DNA of 64,000 nucleotides from Schmidtea polychroa (taxonomy: Eukaryota): the NCBI GenBank assembly GCA_044892525.1, contig CM097887.1, forward strand, positions 87,088,397 through 87,152,396, in the 5' to 3' direction. This document shows, in pieces, positions 1 to 11,800 of this stretch. The notes below the pieces were generated by a model, which had not been told where the DNA came from, did no database searches, and saw only the letters and a program-made list of their open reading frames with translations. The position numbers were made by a program, and so were the translations under genes. Positions within the stretch are counted from its first letter, which is position 1. Every line of letters starts with the position of its first letter.

Positions 1-670
1 TCGTAAGATCGAGTTGTTGAATAGTCCAACCGATCAGAAGGAAGAAGATTGAGCTGTTGAATAGTGCCAGCCAGTCGTAAGGTCGAGTTGTGAAAAGTCC
101 AACCGATCAGAAGGAAGAAGATTGAGCTGTTGAATAGTGCCAGCCAGTCGTAAGGTCGAGTTGTGAAAAGTCCAACCGATCAGGAAGGAGGAAGATTGAG
201 CTGTTGAATAGTGCCAGCCAGTCGTAAGATCGAGTTGTTGAATAGTCCAACCGATCAGAAGGAAGAAGATCGAGCTGTTGAATAGTGCCAGCCAGTCGTA
301 AGGTCGAGTTGTGAAAAGTCCAACCGATCAGGAAGGAGGAAGATTGAGCTGTTGAATAATGCCAGCCAGTCGTAAGGTCGAGTTGTGAAAAGTCCAACCG
401 ATCAGAAGGAAGAAGATTGAGCTGTTGAATAGTGCCAGCCAGTCGTAAGGTCGAGTTGTGAAAAGTCCAACCGATCAGGAAGGAGGAAGATTGAGCTGTT
501 GAATAGTGCCAGCCAGTCGTAAGGTCGAGTTGTTGAATAGTCCAACCGATCAGAAGGAAGAAGATTGAGCTGTTGAATAGTGCCAGCCAGTCGTAAGATC
601 GAGTTGTTGAATAGTCTAACCGATCAGAAGGAAGAAGATTGAGCTGTTGAATAGTGCCAGCCAGTCGTAA
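1..670. repeat. Tandem array of ~9 copies of a 73-74 bp unit in the 5' non-coding region of the giant retroelement (runs off the window start)
   Basis: Unit TCGTAAG(A/G)TCGAGTTG(TTGAAT/TGAAA)AGTCCAACCGATCAG(G)AAGGA(A/G)GAAGATTGAGCTGTTGAATAGTGCCAGCCAG recurs at 1, 75, 148, 222, 296, 370, 443, 517, 591. Each unit contains two related GAGYTGTTGAATAGT sub-repeats. Confidence 0.95.
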
Positions 671-1973
671 AGGCCTAGAAAAGCGAGAGATAGCAGTTAA
701 GCTACAATGAGATAATATTTAAATTACTAGTGATATGGAATATTAAAGCTAGCTAGAACAAATTGAATGTAATTTTGAAAATTCGAGTTTAGAGAGGAAA
801 TAAACGAGCTCGTGGAAAAGAAAATAAGATTATAATGAAAAAGGAAAGGGAAGAAGGAAACGAATTAAAGAGATAATAGAAAATAAAGAATAGATGAAAT
901 GATGATAATGAGTAAAGAGGAAAGTAACTAACTAATTAAAGGGATCCCAGTGAAGTAGAGAAACTCTACGGAATTTTTTTGTAAACCGGGAAAATGTATT
1001 TTTACCGGTTCCAGAGTAGAACCGAGTGGGATAATAGTAAATACGAAAAGTAAAACAGCGACAACAGCGCAAAGGAATAAGAAAACGAAGGGGGGTAATA
1101 AGCAGAGACTGACAACGACCTATTTTTACTATAATTGATAACGAATAGATAATTATTACGACTTTATAGATAATTGTTACTACCCCATATAGATAATTTA
1201 AAATCGACGGAAAATACGGGCTGATGGGATATTATAACCCGCAGAAAGGATTTCACAAAAAGATAGGGGAAGCACAAACAGAAACCTAAAAGGCGTCTGT
1301 TTTTGAATGTTGTAGAAAGAATGATGAAGTCGTGTAAGCAAATGCAACACGAGATCATTTTTTCATTTTAGATATCAAGCCAATCCAGCCAACCAAGACA
1401 ATCCAGAACCTGCACAAAAGGAATTCGAAGAAATCGACAATCAACCAAGGATAAATCCATTCAGAACCCGCACCGAGAGACACAGCAACCGGAAGACTCC
1501 AGAACGGAAGAAGTATTAGCAGCCATCTGCCAAGGATTAGTAAATCTCCTCAGGATCTCAGTAGCAGATTCATACAGAATATTTATCGAAGGAAACACAA
1601 TCAGAACCGAACGCGTCCAATTCAATAGCCGCTAATTACCAAGAAGCGTAAGAAAGGAATCACGGATAAACCCAATCTTAGATCTTCTAGTAAGCCAGGA
1701 GACGTATTATTTTCAGGAGACGAATTACAACAACTCAAAAGAGGACGATCCATTAAACATCAAAGAGGAATATCACAAGGATCCAGAAGAACCAATCAAG
1801 TACCCATATTTGACCAAGAAAATCTCGGATATACCCCTAGTCGATCTCGAAGTAGAGAAAGTCTGTCCGATATCACTAATAGTTTAGCAACGTCAACCGA
1901 GGAGTTATCAGCCCAAAGTTTAGTCACATCGTTAGACAATTTAAAAGAAACAGACGAACCTAGAACACCAATC

Positions 1974-2879
1974 ATGACGAATGTCGTAAAAACCGACGAG
2001 TATAAAGAGAAGTTCAGAGGAGAACCTTTCAACGGAAACGCAAACAAGCTAGCATCGTTCATAACTAATTTTGAAGTTTATATCACTGTGTGTGGATGGA
2101 CACCCGAAGCAATTAGTAAAAGGATGCCGTTGTTTTTGTGCGATAGTGCATTAGAGGTATATTTAGAAGCTAAAGAGAGAGACACGAAATTAGAAAAGTG
2201 GGAAGATATTAAAACATTCCTGAAGAAAACCTTCGGAGCCAGTAAGCCAATCAACCAGGCGTTGGGCGAACTAGCAAATAGGAAACAAAGAGCAAACGAA
2301 TCGATAACATTATATGCCAGTGAATTGCGGAGATTAGCGAAGAAAGCAATGAATGGAAAATTACCCGAAGAAAATCTGATCGGTTATTTCATAGAGGGAT
2401 TACGCCGAGAAGAAGTAAGAGCCTCAGTAGGTTGTCAAATGTGCAAAACATTAGAGGAAGCCATAGATTGGGCTACAAGATGCGAGCTCCACCTTCCAGC
2501 TCAAATGAATATTATGCAAGAGGAGGGAAGGATAGCGACAGCAATAGCGAAAGCGGATAACGGAGATAACAACAATCAAGAACCGAAAATGAATCAATTT
2601 ATACCAGGAGCGCACCAAATTTTCAAACCACCACAAGGACGATCAAACGGGAATAATGGTAATCGTAACAACCCGAATAATGAGAACAATTTCAATAATC
2701 GGCGAAATATGAACGATAACAAGCAGTGCCGAACATGCGGTAAACCAGGACACTGGGACAGAGATTGTTATAGAAATTCAAATTGTAATCGTTGCGGACG
2801 GCGTGGACATACCGAAAATGTATGCCAATTGCGAGGCTGTTTTAACTGTGGTCAGCCAGGTCACATCTCCAGAGATTGC
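1974..2879 (+). other. gag: Gag: capsid-like domain plus three CCHC zinc knuckles
   Basis: PFNGNANKLASFITNFE...RKQRANESITLYASELRRLAKKA...FIEGL retrotransposon gag pattern. Knuckles CRTCGKPGHWDRDC (2727), CNRCGRRGHTENVC and CFNCGQPGHISRDC (to 2879). Confidence 0.92.
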
Positions 2880-5800
2880 CGAGAAAGGGGCCAACAACAA
2901 CGACCACCACAGCAAAATAATAATTATATAGCGAATCCGCAACGACAAAGTAACCCTAACGAAGGAAAACAAATGAACGTTATGCAGGAAATTTCGCAGA
3001 TGAAACAGATGATGCAACAAATGATGAGACCAAGACAAGAATCAGCACCACAACAAACCCAGAATATACGTATGATGAGGAGTACCGAAAATCTCAACAA
3101 TTATGAAGTGCATCAACATGTACAAGAATGGCAAAGGCTACAGGCCGAGGAAGAGAGGATAAAACAAGAACGCAACCAACAACGACAAGAACAACCATTG
3201 CGAATAAATATGATGAAGTTAGTAAAAGACATGAAGAGCCAGTATTGCTACAATTACGGGAAAAGCCCAAGGGTAGTACCCATGACTGAACCAGAAAAGG
3301 TAAAAGAAATAACAACGGAAATGAAAACAGAGAATTCAACCACGATTTTAAAAGGAAACCAGAGAATTCAGAAAATATTCTGGAAAAAGATAAAAGATAA
3401 AATCGAAAAAGAACATAATAAAGCGAAAGCCGAGACAGAAGATGAAAATAACAAGAGCAAGGAACAAACCAGTCAACTAAACCACCAAATGCTACAGGAA
3501 TTAGGATCAGAAGAAACAACGATATTCGAAAGAAAGAAACTAAAGAGAGTACCAAGGATGAGAAACTTGCAAATCAATATGATGAAAAGGACAAAAGATG
3601 TAGCATCGTCAGACGAGGAAGAAGACTATGTAAGTAGTTTGGGTGGAGAAATACTACAGCTGAATGAAATAAGCGAACCTCCAAAAGGGGAAATCAAAGA
3701 GGAAGAAGGCGAAAGCGAGATAACCAGCGAAAGTGAAGACGAGGATATCGAAATAAAGTTGAGAAAAGGGAAGGAGGAAGCGATAAAACAAGTAGCGGAA
3801 ATACTCCCAGTAGTAGTGAGGAACCAAGAGTTCATTGACGTAATACCATTCAGGCGATTCGTGCAAAAAGTGATGAAATTGGAAAGAAACGAGAAAGATT
3901 TAATACCAAACGAGGAAAAATCAATTATAAAAAATTATATGGAAAAAATGAAGCAGGCCGATACCACGCGGTATGTAATAAAAATCGGAACAAGTAGAGG
4001 ACTTGAAAGAATGTGGATAAAAAATACAGTCACCGACGAACTTTTCGATTGGATACGAGAGCATTTGGGAAGTTCGAGAAAGAAAGAATATCTGTATCAA
4101 TACCAAGGAGAACAGATCAAACCAGATATGCACTTAGTAGATGCACTAATATGGCCAGGAGAAACGCAAATACTGAAGTTGCATAAAGAAAAACAACCAG
4201 CCAACCTTTACGATTGGGCTAAAGATGCCAAGGCAGAATATGATTTTAATATCAAATTGAAATTAGAACAAATAAAACAATGTACTCTGAGACGAAACCT
4301 GGATAAGCTGATCAAACAAATTCAAGAACAAGTAGAAGACAACTGGGATTTACTCATCACCAGACGAGCCCCAGCCATGTACGAACTAATGAGCCGGTTG
4401 CGAGATACAGAAATGCTCCGAATGAGTGATTGGAGAACCATAAATTTGATCCACAAATATGGAAGGTTAAAAGAAACCCAGCCACAGAGGTTGGAAATAA
4501 CCATATGGTTACCGAACGAAGAAAAACGACGAATAAAAATGAGCAATCAGAGTACAGTGGATGACTTGGTATCAAAAATAAACCAAGAGATAACGGAAAA
4601 GGTACGTAGCGAAAGTAGTGATGGTATGGTGGATGATGTAGTCATGATGTACGATAAGATAATATTACGAGCGGAGGACGACACCTCGTTAAGCGAAATG
4701 GGTATGTGGGACAATCACCAGATAATCAGGATAGTACCAATGGATGAATTTCGAACAAGAGATGTAACCTATCAAAAAGAAATACGAGACCGGATGAAAA
4801 CGTTATATCAAAAATCTACGGAAATAATTAAAATCCACCAACAATGGTTAAAAGAAAAAGAACTACAAGGAAAAATCACGAAATTAAGCACCAGATCCTG
4901 CAGACGAACCCCATGGGAAAGAGTGTGGAATGCAGAAAGTAAGGAATGGGAAATCCGGAAAGGAACCTTCGTGGAAACAGACATTGGTGAGGCAGAAAGT
5001 GAATCGGAGGAAGAAGAAGAGGAACCTCCAAAATATGAAGAGGAAGCAAGGGAACAGACATCAGATGACGAAGGCGAGACGGATGTCACATCAGAAAGCG
5101 AAAATGAAGCGAGACATATTCATGCAATGAGGAAAAAGGAACGTGAATATGCTGATATGGACGGCGAGGAAGCGACGGAAGCAAGAGAACGAGAAGAGAA
5201 AGAAAGATATAAACAATTAGGCGATACCTTAGCAATGGGAGCGAAAAATCAAAGACGCCAAGTAGTAGCGTTGGCTAACATCATCTTAAAGACATCAGAG
5301 GACATCCACAATCTGAGAGGAATGGCAAAGGCAATAGAGGAATACCGGCAATATAATGAATGGTATCCAGAACAGCTAGAACAAATTATTCGAAAATGGA
5401 GAAATCAGGAATGGGCACAAGACACCCAGGAGAGGTATCACATCCGAATCAAGTATCCAGACAAGAGCATCGAGGAACTAGAGGTGCATCCAACAACAAA
5501 AATTAGAGAATTAAAAAAGAAATTAGCATATGAAACTCCATTCCATCTGCAACTGTTCGGAAAATCACTAGACGATAATGCAGACGTCGGGATAACCCCC
5601 ATGAGATTGGAAGAGACAAATGTATTAACAATGGCAGAAACGTTGGGAAAACCGTTAAAAAGGAAAAGTAAAATTATTAAACCAACAAAAGGCAGTTTGA
5701 GTACTCCAAGTCCGAACAAAGCACCAAGTAAATCTAATGAAACTGAAGAAGTTGAAGAGATAATCCTGGAAGATAGTGACGATGAACCAGGAGAAAGATC

Positions 5801-8800
5801 ACCGCTATTAGTGAGATGGCCGACAGGAGCCGAAATGTGGACTAACAACCAGCCATCAACGAGTTATCAACAACCAACGAAACTGAACATCGAAGAAATC
5901 ATCGACAATACTACGGAAACCGAAACGGATGAACAATTCCAGAAGCAAAGAGAACCAACGAAAGTAACACCAGAAAGTCAAACCGACAAAATAATAGACG
6001 AATGGAATGAGTGGCTAAGAAATAACGATAGCTCATTACCCAGAACGGATAACGAAAGAAATCCGAATTACGAAAATACCAGAGAAGCAGGAACGATGAT
6101 GGAAAAACGGGCAAAAGGAAGACCCAAGAAACAAGGAGAAAAGTCTGAGTTCAAAACCAAAGAACAATTAAAGCAAGAACAAGGGCAAGTTCGATTAGAA
6201 AAATTGGATAAAATAGTATGGGATCTAAAGGAAGCCCAACCAACGATCGAAAGAGGAGAAAAATGGATACGAGAACTGTTAAAAGATATGTTAATAATAA
6301 CAAACCCACAACTTAGACGTTTGTGGCAACGGAAAGTAGCCAGTACGGAAGCTAGACAATTATGGCACACCATTTCGGGGATAATCCCAAAGTTAATCAA
6401 AGAGAAAACGAAAACCACCAAAACGGATTGGGACGAAACAAAGAGAGTGATTGAGCAGCTCACGACAAATGCAAATGATGACGAGCATCACCTAGTGGTA
6501 ATCACTTATTTGATGTATAATTTGATGGGACTAGCTGCGAGGAAAATACCAAATAAACAGTTTGCAAATCATGTAGAAATGACCGTTTCAATCATAGAGA
6601 ATACTATTGAACCACACATTATTCGTGCAGGAGGATGGAAAAGACTGATACAAGCGCCACGGAAAAATGAGCAAGAAAGGTCGATGCAAGTTAGATTGAA
6701 AAAACTGTTAAATGAACTAGAATGGGAACTACCGATGAAAGATCCCGCAAGCAGAAAAGCATCAATAAATTCGTTAATGATGACTATGATGATATGGATG
6801 TTGTGCACAAGTGGAGCAACAGGTTTCACCATCTACGATTGTGATAACATGATAATGAGAGATAAATACTCATTGAGAGACATAGAAGAATGCAGACAAG
6901 CCTCACCCAACAAATTGGACATCGTGAGAACAAAAGTTACTTACCATGTATATCAAGAATCAGATTTCATCAGAACGCAAGCAAGGGAATGCGTAGTATC
7001 AAAAAAGGTACTCGCATATTACTGTGGACAATATTCGTATTCGACTCTTATACTACCCGGTCTGGATAAAGAAATCGTATCAATACAACGAGAGGATTGT
7101 AAAGAGCTATTTAGAACCGGAGCGCTAAAAATGCATAACGGAGTGACAATTCACGGACAAACTGGAATGATTAAAACCGAAAGTGTTTACGTATCCGGAA
7201 AAGTAAAATCATCAGATGGGTCATGTAACGGAGGTACGTATACGATCCGAGGCGAGGTAATATCGGGAGTTGTAGTGATCGAGTCTTACACGGTCGAATT
7301 AAAAGAATACGAAGCGCAATTTGACGCAAATAATTACCAAATGAAGACCAACCCAACGTGTAGAGCTACAGAAAACGTATGCAGGACAGGAGTATCAACT
7401 ATAATCTATGAAGCTAATACCCAAAAATGCCGACTCCAACTGTTAAAAAGTGCTTTGTTCAATGAAGTAAAAGGAGAAATATATGAGAACGAGAACGACG
7501 AGGATGGAAACGACAGAGTGAGAATGCGAAATGGAAAACCAATGCCACCATCTCCCAGAGAAAAGAGACTTTCAACGCAGAAGACACCAACAGCATTAAT
7601 CACAGACGATCCAGATCTAGGTATGAGATTTATCAAAGAGAAAGAAACCACCAAATGTGACAGTATAGTATATAAAACCAATTACGCAGGTATCTATATG
7701 TCGAGACAAATAATCGATAGAGCAGTGGGAAAGATAGCAACGGAGGACGTAAAACTATACTTATATGCAAATAATAAAATGGATTTTCTATTTCATCGCG
7801 GACAAACGACCTTGCAAAAAGTATATTACGATCTAATACAAAACGATTGTTCATTGAATAAAGAAATATTGAAAACAAAGCTAGCTATTGCGATAACGCA
7901 CCCAGATAACACGATGCCATCACTCCCATTACCAGATGGACACTTTGGTAGAATGGTAGGAGAAGTGATGTACACATACCAGTGTACCAAGACGTATGCA
8001 CGAATGCCAGAAAAATCCATACTACCCGAAAAGAGATGTGCAAATGAATTAGAAATCCGTTATAAAGGACAAAATCGATTCGTCCAACCAGTCACTAGAA
8101 TTATGAATCCAGTGGGTTTCTACCCAAATCTCTTTAACTGTTCTAATGCATACGGACCTTTATATGAAAGGCCCGATGGGAAATGGATGATGTTACCGGG
8201 AAAAACCATATCCGAGGAGCCCAAGAAATTTGGATTAATAGAACTCGCCACAGAGCTGGATTTCAAACCTATAGACGTGTCAAACGGTGGTATGTATTCC
8301 CCAGAAGATCTAGAAACAGCACGACTTAACGTACTCTTCCCAGCCAGACGAGAATCCATTTTGTCTAATATGGTAACAATAACTGGGGGCACAAACTATC
8401 AATCAGGCCCGAATTACGAGCTGCTATTATCGCCAGACCATTTTCAACAAGCTACGTCAAACATGATGAAAGCAATGTGGGGAAGATTCTTAGTTTTTGG
8501 ACAAATGATGGCCGGGATATTAGGGATCATACTCATAATTCAGATAGTCAGAGTAATACTAACACAAATGTTAGCTTGTTTCGATATATACAAGCGGGAA
8601 AAGAAAGTTAATTGGAAAATGATAGTAGGCTTCTTACCATTTTTAGCTAAGACCATGGTATTACATGGCCACTCAAAAGACATTCATCGGATAAAGCGAT
8701 TGATTAAAATATTAACAAAGATTAAAGGAACCGACGAAGAAGTAGGCAGACGATTCCGGAAAGTAATGTACGATGAAGTAACAAGACGACAATTGAGAAA

Positions 8801-11800
8801 GAATAAGCCAAAATTCTTGGACCGATTTAGAAGCCAATCATCTAACAGCGATAGTGACGACGATGATAACGGGAACGATAAATGTCTTTATCCAAACAGA
8901 AACCCAAACGAAAAACCAATGGAAACGGCACCATATTGGGAAAAGGAAAAGACAAACACCTGGATCGCCAATGGAAGCTATATACCACCGGATATCGTGG
9001 GACCACAAACAGCTTTGACCATGACACAAAATATGTATCCGCAATTACCGAGTCAACCCGGTATGCATTATATGCCAACACGACGTACCAAAAGTGTAGA
9101 TCAAGCAGATGACGTAAGAACAATAGCAGCGATGAGTTTACCTGGAGGTCCAGCAGTAACAGTTATGATTCAAATCAATGGTAAAGAAACCAATGCTATG
9201 ATAGACACCGGAGCTAATGTATCAGCGATAGCGATTAATCAAATCCCCAGTAAACACTGGAAGGATATCGAATCAACAACAATTCACATCATAGCATGTA
9301 GTAAAGAAACAGTGGACGTGGTCGGAAGATGGTGGACTACATTGAGATACCAGGACAACGAAATTGAAACGTATTTGGCAGTAATACCAAAACTTAGCGT
9401 ACCATGCATAATCGGAACGGATTTGATGCCAGAATTGTTAAAAGAAGTCGTAATTGACTTAACAACCATGTGTTTAAAAGACAAAACCGGTAGAATATGC
9501 AAAATGAATGCAGTCATCAGATGTCCAGGAAAAATAATAGTACCAGCAAAATCACAGATGATTTGTCAGATAAAAGTGGATACGGGTATGGAAGGAGAAG
9601 TTATCTTTGAACCAAGCAAGTCATTTGAAAAGCGACGAGAATTACCACTCGCAAGAGAAATAATCACAATAAACCAAGAAGGAGTGATACCGCTCAACAT
9701 CACGAATTTCGAAGAGGAAGACAAAATCATTTATGAGAACGAAAAATTGGGAAGATTGACCCCAATGATGGACATAGAATTACCGAAAGTGACCAACGAG
9801 ATGATCAAAGATGATGAATTATGGACAATAGATAGTATGTTGTTGACGAATGACGAAAAGAAAAAATTGCACCGATTGTTGGTAGAATATAAAGATATAT
9901 TCGCCATCTCAGATTTAGACTTGGGTACATGTGATGTTACCTTACATGCAATACCACTCATAGACGAAACCCCAATTGCATTGAGACCATACAAGCTAGC
10001 AGAAATGCAGAAAGAAATAGCCGAAACAGAAGTACAAAAGATGCTAGACGCAAAAGTAATCGAACCAAGTTGCTCACCCTGGCAATTCCCAGTGGTCATG
10101 GTGAAAAAGAAAGATGGCACCCAACGATTCTGTATCGATTATCGGAAGTTAAACGCAGTGACCAAGAGAGATACCTATCCATTGCCGGACATCAATGAGA
10201 TGTTATTGATGTTGCAAGGGGCAGCATATTTTACTTCTTTAGATCTAAAAAGTGGATACTGGCAGATTAAAGTCAAAGATGAGGACAAAGAGAAAACAGC
10301 TTTCACGTTGGGACGAGATCTATATCAATTCAGGAAAATGCCATTTGGACTGACTAACGCACCAGCATCATTTCAACGGTGTATGAACTTTGTCACCCAT
10401 GGAATCAAACAATGTATGGTATATATTGATGATTTACTAATCTATTCAGCGACATTTGAACAACATATGGAAGATATCCGAAACGTATTTATTAGATTAA
10501 GACAGTGGAAACTCAAACTCAAACCATCAAAATGCGATTGGGCAAAGGAAAAAGTCACGTTTTTAGGACACATAGTGTCAGCTAAAGGAAAGGAGCCAGA
10601 TCCAAGAAACATTGAGAAAATAAAAACATGTCCAGCACCGAAAACTGTCACCCAAGTTCAGGAATTTCTAGGATTATGCGGATACTATCGCAAATTTATC
10701 AAAAATTATGCAGGAATTGCAAAACCAATCCAGGAATTAGTAAAGAAGGACATTTCGTTCTTATGGGGGAAGGAACAACAAGAGGCGTTTGAAACGCTGA
10801 GAGACAAACTAATCGAAGCACCTATCCTCGTACACCCAGATTTTAAGAAGCCATTTCTATTGGCAACGGATGCAAGCGGGTACGCGGCAGGCGCGATTCT
10901 GGGACAATTAGACGATGAGGGAAAAGAGAGAGTAATCGGGTATTACAGTCGAACATTCAAAAAGCACGAAAAGAACTATTCGGTAACAGAACGAGAAGCA
11001 TTGGCTATAATACAAGCTATCAAACACTTTCGATATTTACTATGGGGACATGAGATATGCATAACCACAGACCATCAACCATTAGTGTGGTTAGGGCAAC
11101 ATAAAGAAGCGTCCAGTAGACTGATGAGATGGGCCATGCAATTGCAAGAATACTCCCCATTTATAAAATTTAAAGCGGGAAGAGCAAATGCCAACGCTGA
11201 TTGTATGTCAAGATTTATTTTCCCAGATTTGGTGGATTCAGAAATGCAACGCATATGCTTAATAGTAGCGGAAGATTTGGATTTCTGTCAATTGCGAAAG
11301 GACCAACAAGAGGACGCGGAATTAAAACAAATTATCGATTATATAAAAACCGGACAGACAGATGTATATGCGAAAGACCAAAAATTAAAAGAACATATGG
11401 ATAAACACCGACACCGATATATTATAGAGAAAGATTGGTTGCTGATAATGGATGGGGAAAAACGATTAATGTGTATACCGGAAAACCGACGAAAAGAGTT
11501 ACTAACGCAATATCACGATGGGAGATTGGGAGGACATATGTCATCGAAAAAGACGTTAGCAAGAATGAAACAGAAATATTTTTGGCCTACGTTAACGGAA
11601 GATGTAACCGAATGGGTAAAAAATTGTCTAACTTGTGCAACCAGGAAGAATACGGGATCGAAATGGAAAGCACCTTTAACGCCAATGCCAGTACCAATAG
11701 AACCAATGACAATGATATCCATGGACGTAGTTGGTCCACTACCAGAGTCAGATAAAGGAAACGTTTACATTCTGGTGATCACAGACTTTCTTACGAAATT

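Noticed and set aside
1-670. CRISPR-like appearance of the regular repeat array
   Set aside because: Units are near-identical end to end with no unique spacers, the context is eukaryotic, and there are no cas genes. ORF 107-397 is only a by-product of the repeat.
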